Shown: one piece after another, positions 1 through 9,911 of the stretch | Position numbering within the stretch: the stretch's first letter is position 1 | Layout of the letters: each line of letters begins with the position of its first letter | Assembly (NCBI RefSeq): GCF_028281305.1 | Contig: NZ_JANQKD010000023.1 | Span: 139,598 to 203,597, forward strand | Source: Pelagibius sp. | Lineage (GTDB): Bacteria > Pseudomonadota > Alphaproteobacteria > Kiloniellales > Kiloniellaceae | Direction: 5' to 3' | DNA length: 64,000 nucleotides | The notes under the pieces: generated by a model | Told to the model about the DNA's origin: nothing | The model's input: the letters and a program-made list of their open reading frames with translations, nothing else | Databases searched by the model: none | Position numbers and translations under genes: made by a program

Positions 1-506
1 ATCTGGCGCGCTACGACGGCGTGCGCTACGGCCTGCGCGAACCGGGCGAGAGCCTGGACGAGATGTACGAGGCGACCCGGGGCAAGGGCTTTGGCGCCGA
101 GGTCAAGCGCCGGGTGCTGATCGGCACCTATGTGCTCTCCGCCGGTTACTACGACGCCTACTACAACAAGGCGCGGCGGGTGCGCAGCCTGATCGCCCGG
201 GACTTCGCCCAGGCCTATGAAACGGTGGACGCGATCCTGACGCCGACCGCGCCCTCGGCGGCCTTCGGCGTCGGCGACAAGATGGACGATCCCATCGCGA
301 TGTACCTGAACGACGTTTTCACCGTGCCGGCCTCGCTGGCCGGGCTGCCGGGGATCTCGGTTCCGGCCGGCCTCTCGGCGGAAGGGCTGCCGCTCGGCCT
401 GCAGATCTTGGGCAAGGCCTTCGAAGAAGAGACGGTGTTCAAGGTGGCTGGAGTGCTGGAAGAGGCGGCGGGCTTCGAGGCCAAGCCGGCTTTCCGGGCG
501 GCGTGA
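1..506 (+). CDS. gatA: Asp/Glu-tRNA amidotransferase subunit A, C-terminal part (gene starts before the window)
   Basis: RYGLR...[26 protein letters not shown] and [21 protein letters not shown] amidase C-terminus; gatB downstream. Confidence 0.97.
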   Translation, partial: LARYDGVRYGLREPGESLDEMYEATRGKGFGAEVKRRVLIGTYVLSAGYYDAYYNKARRVRSLIARDFAQAYETVDAILTPTAPSAAFGVGDKMDDPIAMYLNDVFTVPASLAGLPGISVPAGLSAEGLPLGLQILGKAFEEETVFKVAGVLEEAAGFEAKPAFRAA

Positions 507-976
507 CGGCCATGGCGGCGCAGGCAACAGCGATCGCCGTGCGCAAAGCCGGGCCCGATGACCACGGGCTCCTGCTGCCGTTGTTCGAGCGCTTCTATGA
601 AGAAGAGGGCTTCGAGGACGCGGTGGCCGGCGTGGCCGAGAACCTGCGCCAGATCCTGGTACGGGACGATACGGCGGCTTTCGTCGCCTTCGCCGGCGAA
701 GATGCCGTCGGGGCGGCGGCGGCCAGCACCTCCTTCGGCCTGGAGGTCGGGCTCTACGCAGAGCTGGAAGACCTCTCCGTTGATCCGGTCTGGCGCGGCA
801 AGGGTGTGGCCTCGGCCATCGTGGAAGCGGTCGCCGACTGGGCCCGGGCCAAGGGCTGCTCGGATATTGAGATCGTGCTGACCCCCCATGCGCAGGCCAA
901 GGCCGATCTGTTGCCTTGGTATGAGGCGCGGGGGTTCGTCGAAACCGGGCGGGTAATTTACGAGCGGGCGCTTTAG
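503..976 (+). CDS. GNAT family N-acetyltransferase
   Basis: [20 protein letters not shown] acetyl-CoA motif A; start overlaps the gatA stop. Confidence 0.88.
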   Translation: MTAMAAQATAIAVRKAGPDDHGLLLPLFERFYEEEGFEDAVAGVAENLRQILVRDDTAAFVAFAGEDAVGAAAASTSFGLEVGLYAELEDLSVDPVWRGKGVASAIVEAVADWARAKGCSDIEIVLTPHAQAKADLLPWYEARGFVETGRVIYERAL

Positions 977-997
977 TCCGGCAAGCGGAGCAGAACG

Positions 998-2446
998 ATG
1001 GCACTGGTGAAAGGCAAGTCAGGCGATTGGGAGATGGTCATCGGGCTGGAGGTCCATGCCCAGGTGATCTCCAAGTCCAAGCTGTTCTCGGGGGCGTCGA
1101 CCGCCTTCGGGGCGGAGCCGAACAGCCAGGTTTCCCTGGTCGACGCGGCCATGCCGGGCATGCTGCCGGTGCTGAACATGGTGGCAGTGGAGCAGGCGGT
1201 GAGGACCGGCCTCGGCCTGAATGCCCAGATCAACCTGACCTCGGTCTTCGAGCGCAAGAACTACTTCTACGCCGACCTGCCGCAGGGCTATCAGATCTCC
1301 CAGTACCTGCACCCCATCGTTGGGGAGGGCACTATCATCCTGGATCTTGAGGACGGCGAGACGCGCGAGGTCGGTATCGAGCGCCTGCACCTGGAGCAGG
1401 ACGCCGGTAAGTCGATCCACGACCAGCATCCGACCCAGTCCTACATCGACCTGAACCGTTCCGGCGTCACCCTGATGGAGATCGTCTCCAAGCCGGACAT
1501 GCGCTCGGCGGAGGAGGCGGGGGCCTATCTGCGCAAGCTGCGTACCATCCTGCGCTACCTCGGCACCTGCGACGGCAATATGGACGAGGGCTCGATGCGT
1601 GCCGACGTGAATCTCTCGGTGCGCCGTCCCGGCGAGGCCTTCGGCACCCGCACGGAAACCAAGAACGTCAATTCCATCCGCTTCGTGCAGCAGGCCATCG
1701 AAGCGGAGACGAAGCGGCAGATCGAGATTCTGGAAGAGGGCGGGGAGATCGTGCAGGAGACCCGTCTCTTCGACGGCATGACCGGCAAGTCGCGTTCCAT
1801 GCGCTCCAAGGAAGAGGCCCACGACTACCGCTATTTCCCCGACCCGGACCTGCTGCCGCTGGAACTGGATCCGGCCTGGGTGGAGGAGATCAAAGCCTCC
1901 CTGCCGGAACTGCCGGACGCAAAGAAGACGCGGTTCGTCGGCGACTTCGGTCTGCCGGCCTATGATGCCGGTGTGCTGGTGGCCGACCGGGAGACGGCGG
2001 CTTTCTATGAGACGGTGGCAGAGGGGCGCGATCCGAAGCTGGCGGCCAACTGGGTCACCGGCGAGTTCTTCGGTGCGCTCAACAAGAGCGGCGTCGAACT
2101 GGCTGCGGCGCCGGTGGATGCCAAGAAGCTGGGCGGCCTGTTGGATCTCATTGCCGACAACACCATTTCCGGACGCATCGCCAAAGAGGTCTTCGAGGCG
2201 ATGTGGGAAAGCGGCGAGGACGCCGGCGCCATTGTCGAGGCCAAGGGGCTGAAGCAGATCTCTGACAGCTCCGCCATCGAAGGCCTGGTGGAGGAAATCA
2301 TCGCCAACAACCCAAAGCAGGTCGAGCAGTTCAAAGGCGGCAACGAGAAGATCCTGGGCTGGTTCGTCGGCCAGGTGATGAAGGCCACCCAGGGCAAGGC
2401 CAACCCGGGCATGGTGAACCAGGTCCTGCGCCAGAAGCTCGGCTGA
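998..2446 (+). CDS. gatB: Asp/Glu-tRNA amidotransferase subunit B
   Basis: [44 protein letters not shown]-terminal YqeY-like [13 protein letters not shown]. Confidence 0.99.
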   Translation: MALVKGKSGDWEMVIGLEVHAQVISKSKLFSGASTAFGAEPNSQVSLVDAAMPGMLPVLNMVAVEQAVRTGLGLNAQINLTSVFERKNYFYADLPQGYQISQYLHPIVGEGTIILDLEDGETREVGIERLHLEQDAGKSIHDQHPTQSYIDLNRSGVTLMEIVSKPDMRSAEEAGAYLRKLRTILRYLGTCDGNMDEGSMRADVNLSVRRPGEAFGTRTETKNVNSIRFVQQAIEAETKRQIEILEEGGEIVQETRLFDGMTGKSRSMRSKEEAHDYRYFPDPDLLPLELDPAWVEEIKASLPELPDAKKTRFVGDFGLPAYDAGVLVADRETAAFYETVAEGRDPKLAANWVTGEFFGALNKSGVELAAAPVDAKKLGGLLDLIADNTISGRIAKEVFEAMWESGEDAGAIVEAKGLKQISDSSAIEGLVEEIIANNPKQVEQFKGGNEKILGWFVGQVMKATQGKANPGMVNQVLRQKLG

Positions 2447-2482
2447 CCGCGGCGGCGATCAGCCGCCCGTCGGCTGGAGCAC

Positions 2483-3589
2483 CTAGTCCTGCTCGGTCAG
2501 GCGGCCGATCTGAAACATGACGCTCTCCAAACCGTCGGGGCTGAGCCGGCGGTAAGCCCGCACGAGGTCGGCGACGATGCGCTGTTCCAGGGCCTCGGGA
2601 TCGAGAGTCGCGCCATCGTCGCGGCGCGCCTGCAGCACGATTTCAAGGACGACCTGGAACGCCTTTTGAAGGTGGCCCGGCAGGCCGGCCTTGCGGTAGA
2701 GGGACTGCAGCGCCGGCGTGCCGGTGTCGCGCAGGACCTTCTGCGCCTTGGGGGCGGAGATGCGGGCAAGCGTCGCGAGCCCGGTGCCGAGGAACTCCAG
2801 ATGGCCGGCGCAGAGCACCCTCAGCAGGAGGGTCGCCGTCAGGCTGCCGTTCAGGTGAAGCCGCATGGCTGCCGCCTCGATCTCCTGGGCGGTAACCAGG
2901 GTTGCCAGGGATTGGGCAAGCGCCCGTTCGCGGCCATGTTGGGCAAGCTGATCGGCGAGCGCCGCAGGGAAGCTGTGCTTGTCAACGAGACGCTCCCGCA
3001 GATCCTCGCAGACAAGCGCGACAAGCCGCTCCTGAACTGCGAACGGCAGCGCACTGCGCTCGACGAGAAGCTTGTGAACATCCGGCTCCTCGGCAAAGGC
3101 GTTGAGGAGCTTGCGGTAAGACGACTCCGAGATCTCTGCACCCTCGTTCGCCAGGAGCACTTCGACCACGCTCTGCTTGCCGGTGTCCACAAGGGCGCCG
3201 GACACGACTGCGCTGACCGTATCGCGCGCAGCAATGGCGCACTGCTTCTCGGTGCTGCCGGTCTCGATGATCGCAAGGAGATCCCGGTCGGAGAGCGCAA
3301 GCGACGTGTGGAGAATCGGGGTGGCGACAGATTCGATGTCCTGGGCGAGCGTGAGGGCGATGCTGTCCGGCAGCAGAGGGGAGGACTTGATGTGCTCGGC
3401 AAAGCTCTGGCGCACATCGACCTCGGTATGGCAGGCCAGCCAGCGGAAGACCTCCAACGCTGCCGAGCGTTCACTGTCGGATATGACGCCGCGGCTGAAG
3501 GCTTCGGCAGCCTGGATCGCAAGCTGCCCGGCGTTGAGCTGGGCCAGGCCCTCCATAGGCCCCTGTTCTTTACTTGCAAGCTCGACCAT
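2483..3589 (-). CDS. DUF2336 domain protein
   Basis: VRQSFAEHIK..., VATPILHTSLALSDRDLLAII, AIAARDTVSAVVSGALV pattern typical of alphaproteobacterial DUF2336. Confidence 0.8.
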   Translation of the reverse strand: MVELASKEQGPMEGLAQLNAGQLAIQAAEAFSRGVISDSERSAALEVFRWLACHTEVDVRQSFAEHIKSSPLLPDSIALTLAQDIESVATPILHTSLALSDRDLLAIIETGSTEKQCAIAARDTVSAVVSGALVDTGKQSVVEVLLANEGAEISESSYRKLLNAFAEEPDVHKLLVERSALPFAVQERLVALVCEDLRERLVDKHSFPAALADQLAQHGRERALAQSLATLVTAQEIEAAAMRLHLNGSLTATLLLRVLCAGHLEFLGTGLATLARISAPKAQKVLRDTGTPALQSLYRKAGLPGHLQKAFQVVLEIVLQARRDDGATLDPEALEQRIVADLVRAYRRLSPDGLESVMFQIGRLTEQD

Positions 3590-3846
3590 AGAACAACCTG
3601 TTTGATTATCTTATCGGACGAAAAATTTAGTCGTTCTGAAAATATCTGTCAATTTTTATTGATCTATATTTGATTTATATTTGTGAATATTTTTATTCGT
3701 ATTTGTCGCGAATTTTAGGCAAACCTTGAGGGCGCCAGCCGGCGCAGGGGAGGCTCCGCTGGTTGGTGGGCGATTCGCGGCCACGCTTCCAGGATGCGGT
3801 TGATCGTATCGCGTGCAAACCTGCTTCAGAGGCGAAGCAGCAACGA

Positions 3847-4542
3847 TCAGGTCCGCAGGTGATTGCGCTTCAGATAAAGGGTGGTTTCCGCCGAGGCGGT
3901 GAAGGCGGAGGAGAGGCCATACGGCTCCCGCAGCCAGGCGCCGGCGTTCAGGCGGCCTTCGCCGTTGCTCAGACGCCCTGAGACAATGAACATCTCCAGG
4001 CCGCCCCCGGCGGCTTCTCCGTCGATCAGGGCCGGCGGCAGCGCTGCGCCTGGGGCGAGGCGGAGCAAGCGGACATCCTCCGGATAGCCGGCATCCCGAT
4101 AGAGCAGAAGTTCTTCGGCACCCGGAGCCGCTGCACGCCAGCTGTCGGCGTTGTTGGTGTCGACGACGACATGCTCGCGGTTTGTTCCGGCGAACTGGCA
4201 CAGCTTCACGAAGATAATGCAGCCGTCCTTCGAAAAGGGCGCATGTCTGAACCCCTGGGGGTTCAGCAGGTAGGTGCCGGCCGGGTAGTCGCCATGCTCA
4301 TCGGAGAAGGTGCCTTCGAGCACCAGGATCTCCTCGCCTTGCGGATGATCGTGGGGGTGAAAGCGGGACTGGGGATCGTAGCGGACCACCGAGGTGACGC
4401 GGCTGAACTCCCCGTCCACAAGGTCCAGACGCTTGCGCCAGACGGTCGCGCTGGGGCTTGCCTGCCATTCCATCTTGGCTGTGTCCATCGCCGCCGGCCG
4501 CGTGAAATCGGCGTTCAGACTGTCGCTCATCGCCTTCTCCAT
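3847..4542 (-). CDS. ChrR-like cupin domain protein
   Basis: SVVRYDPQSRFHPHDHPQGEEILVLEGTFSDEHGDYPAGTYLLNP cupin_7 signature. Confidence 0.9.
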   Translation of the reverse strand: MEKAMSDSLNADFTRPAAMDTAKMEWQASPSATVWRKRLDLVDGEFSRVTSVVRYDPQSRFHPHDHPQGEEILVLEGTFSDEHGDYPAGTYLLNPQGFRHAPFSKDGCIIFVKLCQFAGTNREHVVVDTNNADSWRAAAPGAEELLLYRDAGYPEDVRLLRLAPGAALPPALIDGEAAGGGLEMFIVSGRLSNGEGRLNAGAWLREPYGLSSAFTASAETTLYLKRNHLRT

Positions 4543-4709
4543 GGTCTCCCTACCTCTAGGTAGGGGCGCTAGCCGGCGGCCTCAAGATCGATCTTCGGTC
4601 TTGCAAAGACTTTCCAGGCACCGCATGTGTTGGCTCATGGGCGGCAGGGGTGCCGCCGGATGGTCCCTGGAAAGGCGCGCCATCCTCTTATGGGGCAAGG
4701 GAAAAGGTC

Positions 4710-5405
4710 ATGGCAATCGAGCTCTATTCCTGGGCGACGCCCAACGGGCACAAGATACACATCATGTTGGAGGAACTGGGTGTTTCCTACAACGTTCACG
4801 CGATCAATATCGGCGCCGGCGATCAGTTCGACCCGGAATTCCTCAAGATAAGCCCGAACAACAAGATGCCGGCAATCGTCGATCCCGACGGGCCGGACGG
4901 GAAGCCCATCTCGGTGTTCGAGAGCGGGGCGATCCTGATCTATCTGGCGAACAAGTACGGCAAGTTCTTTCCGGAAGAGCCTCGTGCGCGCTACGCGACC
5001 CTGCAGTGGCTGATGTGGCAGATGGGCGGGCTGGGACCGATGCTGGGCCAGGCGCACCACTTCAGGAACTACGCCCCCGAGCGCATCGAGTACGCCTATC
5101 AGCGCTATACGAACGAAGCCAAGCGGCTTTACGGCGTGATGGACAAACGCCTTGCCGAGGCGCGCTATCTGGGCGGCGAGGAGTACAGCATCGCAGACAT
5201 CGCCGCCTGGCCATGGACCCGCACACCCGACCGTCAGGGCGTGAGCCGCGACGACTATCCCAACTACAAGCGATGGTTCGAGGAGATCGCCGAGCGCCCG
5301 GCGGTGCAGCGTGGGGTTGAGGTGCTGGCCAACCTGCGCAGCGAGGGCTTCGACGCCAAGGCAAAGGAAATCCTCTTCGGGGCGACGCAGTACGCGCGGA
5401 GATAG
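4710..5405 (+). CDS. Glutathione S-transferase, YfcG/YghU (Nu class)
   Basis: ATPNGHKI, ISPNNKMPAIVD, FESGAILIYLA, QMGGLGPMLGQAHHF; ATG at 4710 behind a GA-rich RBS. Confidence 0.93.
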   Translation: MAIELYSWATPNGHKIHIMLEELGVSYNVHAINIGAGDQFDPEFLKISPNNKMPAIVDPDGPDGKPISVFESGAILIYLANKYGKFFPEEPRARYATLQWLMWQMGGLGPMLGQAHHFRNYAPERIEYAYQRYTNEAKRLYGVMDKRLAEARYLGGEEYSIADIAAWPWTRTPDRQGVSRDDYPNYKRWFEEIAERPAVQRGVEVLANLRSEGFDAKAKEILFGATQYARR

Positions 5406-5469
5406 AGGCGGAAAGCGGATCGGCGCGTTACTCGTTCACGGGTGATGCGGAGCAGCGGAGCACTGACAC

Positions 5470-6090
5470 GTGACCATCGATTTCTATACCTGGACCACAC
5501 CGAACGGCAGAAAGGTCTCCATCGCCTTGGAGGAACTGAGGCTGGATTATGCCACTCACCCGGTTAACATCACTAAGGACGAGCAGTTCGCTCCTGATTT
5601 TCTGAAGATCAGTCCAAACAACAAGATCCCCGCCGTCGTCGATCCCCAAGGCCCTGACGGTGAGCCCATTTCGGTCTTCGAGACCGGGGCGATCCTGCTG
5701 TACCTAGCCGATAAGACAGGGCAACTGATGCCGGATGAGCCGCGCGCCCGCAACGCGGCGATGCAATGGCTGATGTGGCAGATGGGCGGCTTTGGACCGA
5801 TGCTGGGGCAGGCCCATCACTTCCGACGCTTTGCGCCCGAGAAGCTTCCCTATGCCGTCGATCGCTATTCAAACGAGGCGCGGCGGCTCTACGGCGTGCT
5901 GGACAAGCGCCTGGAGGAGGTTGAGTACCTGGCCGGGGACTACTCGGTGGCCGACATCGCGACCTTTCCCTGGGCAGCCCGTCATGAGTGGCAGGGAATC
6001 GCCCTGGAGGACTTCCCGAACGTCAAGCGTTGGTACGATGCCATCTGGGCCCGGCCGGCGGTCGAAAAGGGTATGGCTGTTCCGGGATAA
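5470..6090 (+). CDS. Glutathione S-transferase, YfcG-like (tandem paralog)
   Basis: TTPNGRKVSI, ISPNNKIPAVVD, FETGAILLYLA, QMGGFGPMLGQAHHF. Confidence 0.93.
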   Translation: MTIDFYTWTTPNGRKVSIALEELRLDYATHPVNITKDEQFAPDFLKISPNNKIPAVVDPQGPDGEPISVFETGAILLYLADKTGQLMPDEPRARNAAMQWLMWQMGGFGPMLGQAHHFRRFAPEKLPYAVDRYSNEARRLYGVLDKRLEEVEYLAGDYSVADIATFPWAARHEWQGIALEDFPNVKRWYDAIWARPAVEKGMAVPG

Positions 6091-6159
6091 GGCCGAGCAC
6101 GCAGCCCCCGCGGCGGCACGGCCAGCACTGCGTGGGGCCAGGTGGGGCAGGTGGGGCAG

Positions 6160-6381
6160 TCAGGCAGAGGGCCTGCGGCCCCGGCGGCGGCCCCTCGGCC
6201 GTAGAGCGACAATCTCGGAGGGCGCCGTCTGGGCGCGGCCGGCCAGGACGGACAGCTCGTCCTTGCAGCGCTGAAGGTTCAGCAGTTCCCGGGAATCGTC
6301 CCGATCATAGACCTCGACGCAGCTCAGCTTGATCTCCACCAGATCGATCAGCGTCTCGACGGAGGATTTCGACAGTCCCAT
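6160..6381 (-). CDS. Small hypothetical protein (73 aa)
   Basis: MGLSKSSVETLIDLVEIKLSCVEVYDRDDSREL..., helical with basic tail; AT-rich upstream region. Confidence 0.65.
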   Translation of the reverse strand: MGLSKSSVETLIDLVEIKLSCVEVYDRDDSRELLNLQRCKDELSVLAGRAQTAPSEIVALRPRGRRRGRRPSA

Positions 6382-6499
6382 AAGATGCCCCTGACTGTTT
6401 TGATTAGATCGAGAGCATTTTTTGTGTAAATCGGTTAAAGGCGCGTAAAGCCCGTGGCCCTGGCCCAACAATTTTTGACCGTCGCGCCAGTCCGCGGGC

Positions 6500-7483
6500 T
6501 TACGGGAGGTTGGGCGGCTCGGCCTGCTGCCGGTTGCCGCCGGGTCGCAGCCGCTGGAGGGCCGCGAAAACGCGGCCATCGATTACGGCCAAGCCCAGGA
6601 AGATAAGGAGCATTCCCGCCAACGCCGCAAGCGTGACCACCTCACCGAGCGCCAGGGCGCCAAGAAGAACGGCGGCGATGGGGATGAGAAAGGTGACCAA
6701 CAGCAGGTTGGTCGCGCCGGCGCTGGCGAGAATCCGGAAGTAGAGGATGTAGGCAAAGGCGGTGCTGATTACCGCCAGGGTTGCCAGCGCCGTCCAGGTC
6801 GCGAGATCGGGCCGCGCAGTCCAGGGGCTTTCGAGCAGCAACGCAGCCGGCAACAGCATCACCGCAGCGCAGGCCGTCATGCAGCCGGCAGAAACGATCG
6901 GGCTGAAGCGGCTGAGACGGCGCCCGAAGATGCCGGCCATGGCATAGGACATGGCGGCGGCCATGACGGCCATCTGACCCCAGGACTGAGCCCCAATACC
7001 GGTCAGGGCGCCCGGGCCGATCAGCACCACCGCCCCCAGAAAGCCGATGCCGACCCCGACTGCGCCGCGGCGGGTCATGCGCTCATCCTTCGTCAGGAAA
7101 TGAGCGAAGATAAATGTAAAGAGCGGAGTCGTGGCATTCAGGATCGAGGCCAGTCCACTGTCGATAGAGACCTGCCCCCACATAATGAGAGAAAAGGGCA
7201 GGGCGTTGTTGATCAGCCCCATGAAGGCGAGGGGGGCCCAGTCGGTCCAGGCTTTCGGCAGGTTCTCGCCCCGCATCGCGGCAAAGGCCAAGAGCACCAT
7301 GGCGGCAAGGCCGACGCGGGCCGTGGCCAGGGTGAGGGGCCCGAAATCGCGAAGACAGATTTCGGTGAGGAAGAAGGAGATGCCCCAGACCAGCGCCAGC
7401 AGAACGATCTGCAGCCAGTCGCCGTAGGCCATCTGTGGTGGGCGCATGCGCCGTCTCCCAACTGTGATCCCGCGGATCAGCAT
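6500..7483 (-). CDS. DMT/EamA family transporter
   Basis: About 10 hydrophobic segments; ALVWGISF, GLASILNATTPLFT, AYILYFRIL..AGAT motifs. Confidence 0.92.
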   Translation of the reverse strand: MLIRGITVGRRRMRPPQMAYGDWLQIVLLALVWGISFFLTEICLRDFGPLTLATARVGLAAMVLLAFAAMRGENLPKAWTDWAPLAFMGLINNALPFSLIMWGQVSIDSGLASILNATTPLFTFIFAHFLTKDERMTRRGAVGVGIGFLGAVVLIGPGALTGIGAQSWGQMAVMAAAMSYAMAGIFGRRLSRFSPIVSAGCMTACAAVMLLPAALLLESPWTARPDLATWTALATLAVISTAFAYILYFRILASAGATNLLLVTFLIPIAAVLLGALALGEVVTLAALAGMLLIFLGLAVIDGRVFAALQRLRPGGNRQQAEPPNLP

Positions 7484-7521
7484 AGGGACCGCGGGAAGCT
7501 TCTATATCCGCTTCTTGCGCC

Positions 7522-8529
7522 TTACCGCATGTCGGCGGAGATAAGGTCGGGAGCGCCGAGAAGCTGTCGTGCGGCGACGGTCAATCCGGCGAAGGCCGCA
7601 TCCGGCTGGGTTATAAGCCAGGTCGGAATCCGGGCAAGGTAGCCGCTGAGGCGACCCTTGTCCTCAAAGCGTCTGCGGAAGTCCGATTCCGCCAGGAACT
7701 CCGGGAAGCGCGGCAGGATGCCCCCGCCGAGGTAGACTCCACCCTGCGCGCCATAACACAGTGCCATGGACCCTGCGAAGGACCCGAGGAAGGCGCAGAA
7801 GACCTGGAGGCTGCGACGGCACCGATCGTCGGATCCTTCGAGGCCAAGCTGCGTGACCTCTGCCGGGTCCATCGCTTCAACCGCCGCTCCTTCGAGGTTG
7901 GAGAGTGCCTGGTGGATGTTGGTCAGACCCGGTCCAGACAACAGTCGCTCGGCGGAGACATGGCCATAGCGCGCCCTCAGGAAGGCCAGCACCTGCGCTT
8001 CGACGTCATTGGTGGCCGCCATGGTCGAATGGCCGCCTTCGCCGACCAGCACCTGAGGCTGCGCCTCCGCAGGCATCAAGGCGGCGACACCGAGGCCCGA
8101 ACCGGGCCCGATCACGGCGAGCGCACCGCCCGAGCTCGACAGGGGTGGGCCGACTGTCAGGCGATCGTCCTCCGTCAGGCGGTCAAGGCCGAGGGCGAGG
8201 GCAGCATAGTCGTTCATCAGGCGGACGGAGCGAAAGCCGAAACGCCTGCACAGTTCGTCGCTGCGTGCGTCCCAGCCCGAGTTGGTCATTTGAGCGCGCT
8301 CGTCGCTGACCGGGCCGGCGAAGGCGAGAACGGCGGCAGTGAGCGGCCTCTGCGCCCGGCCGGATAGAGTCTCGAGCGCTGCGCCCAGGGCATCATAGGA
8401 CTGCGCATGCTCGGCAACTTTCAGCCTGACCAGGGGGCTGGTGCCGTCCGCGCTCAGCAGGGCGAAACGGGCGTTGGTGCCGCCGATATCGGCGAGCAGT
8501 GCCGTGGCCTCGTTTCCGGATCCGCTCAC
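7522..8529 (-). CDS. glk: Glucokinase
   Basis: LLADIGGTNARFAL, NDYAALA, GPGSGLG, GEGGH, SAERLLSGPGL, GGVYLGGGI; GTG start overlaps the otsA stop. Confidence 0.95.
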   Translation of the reverse strand: MSGSGNEATALLADIGGTNARFALLSADGTSPLVRLKVAEHAQSYDALGAALETLSGRAQRPLTAAVLAFAGPVSDERAQMTNSGWDARSDELCRRFGFRSVRLMNDYAALALGLDRLTEDDRLTVGPPLSSSGGALAVIGPGSGLGVAALMPAEAQPQVLVGEGGHSTMAATNDVEAQVLAFLRARYGHVSAERLLSGPGLTNIHQALSNLEGAAVEAMDPAEVTQLGLEGSDDRCRRSLQVFCAFLGSFAGSMALCYGAQGGVYLGGGILPRFPEFLAESDFRRRFEDKGRLSGYLARIPTWLITQPDAAFAGLTVAARQLLGAPDLISADMR

Positions 8530-9911
8530 GGGATGCGTTTCCCGTGCTGCAGGGTTTCCAGGTAGTCGGCCCACCAGGCCGTGACGTCGTTCACGGCGAT
8601 AGCGCGATGCATTGAGCGCCAGCGCTCCCGCCTTTCTTTGAGCGGCATGGTGAGCGCTTCCTGGAGCCGCTCTGCGACGCCTTCGACGTCATAGGGGTTG
8701 ACGATCAGGGCCCCGTCCAGTTCGCGTGCCGCGCCGGCGAAACGCGACAGCACCAGAACCCCGGGATCTTTGGCAGGCTGGGCGGCCACGTATTCCTTCG
8801 CCACCAGGTTCATGCCGTCGCGCAAGGGAGTGACCAGCCCGATACGGCTGCTGCGGAAGAAGCCGGCAAGAACCCGCCGGCTGAAGCTTTTGTTGAGGTA
8901 GCGGATCGGTACCCAATCGTACTCGGCAAAGGCGCCGTTCACGCGCCCGGCTGTGGCCTCCATTTCGCGCCGGATGTCGACATAGTCCGCAACATCGGCA
9001 CGCGAAGGCGGATTGATCTGCAGGAAGACTACGTTGCCCCGGTTGTCCGGATAGGCGGTCAGGAGATGCTCGAAAGCTTCGACGCGGTTGATGAGACCCT
9101 TCGAGTAATCCAGCCGGTCGACGCCGATGATCAGATCCCGGCCGATAAGGCTTTTCTTCAGACGCGCAACCTGGTTCGAGGTTTCGCTTTCCTCAGCCAT
9201 CTTGGCGAAGGTCTCGGTATCGACGCCGATAGGGAAGGCGCCTGCGCGGAGGGTTCGGCCGAAGACACGGATCACCCCGTTCTCGCCGACCTCGCCGCCG
9301 ATCTCGCGGCGGATGTAGTCCTGGAAGCACTCCAGGTCCTCGTCCGTCTGAAAGCCGATCAGATCGTAGGCGCAGAGCGCCTTGACGATCTCGCGGTGCC
9401 AGGGCAGCGCGGTGAAGACCGGCAGGGCAGGCCAGGGGATGTGCAGGAAGAACCCCATCTTCTGCCGGCAGTTCGCGTTGCGTAGCTGCTCGGCCAGGAG
9501 GGTGAAGTGGTAGTCGTGCACCCAGATGACATCGGAGTCCTTCAGAAGAGGCTGCAGACGATGAGCGAAATGGGCGTTGACCCTTTCGTAGCCCTTCCAT
9601 GTCCGCTGAGAGAACTCCGCCAGATCAAGGCGATAATGAAAGAGCGGCCAGAGCGTCGAATTGGCGAAGCCCTTGTAGTAGTCGTCATAGTCGCGCTGGG
9701 TGAGATCAATGGTGGCGAAGGTTGTCTTCCCGACCTCGGCGACGCTCGGCTGGCCGTAGTCGCGTTCGAGGACCTTGCCGCTCCACCCGAACCAGATGCC
9801 GCCGTGCTGACGCAGCGCGGCGCGCAACGCCACGGAGAGGCCGCCTTCCGAGCCCGGACGGGAAAGCTTGCTGGCGGCGACGCGGTTGGAGACGACGACA
9901 AGCCGGCTCAA
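8526..9911 (-). CDS. otsA: Trehalose-6-phosphate synthase
   Basis: SRLVVVSNRV, LWPLFHY, WVHDYH, GFFLHIPWP, GVDRLDYSKG, DGMNLVAKEY; TTG start overlaps the GH15 stop. Confidence 0.97.
   Translation of the reverse strand: MSRLVVVSNRVAASKLSRPGSEGGLSVALRAALRQHGGIWFGWSGKVLERDYGQPSVAEVGKTTFATIDLTQRDYDDYYKGFANSTLWPLFHYRLDLAEFSQRTWKGYERVNAHFAHRLQPLLKDSDVIWVHDYHFTLLAEQLRNANCRQKMGFFLHIPWPALPVFTALPWHREIVKALCAYDLIGFQTDEDLECFQDYIRREIGGEVGENGVIRVFGRTLRAGAFPIGVDTETFAKMAEESETSNQVARLKKSLIGRDLIIGVDRLDYSKGLINRVEAFEHLLTAYPDNRGNVVFLQINPPSRADVADYVDIRREMEATAGRVNGAFAEYDWVPIRYLNKSFSRRVLAGFFRSSRIGLVTPLRDGMNLVAKEYVAAQPAKDPGVLVLSRFAGAARELDGALIVNPYDVEGVAERLQEALTMPLKERRERWRSMHRAIAVNDVTAWWADYLETLQHGKRIP

Noticed and set aside
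3590-3720. Very AT-rich intergenic tract
   Set aside because: No repeat or ORF structure found; most simply a regulatory region of the DUF2336 gene
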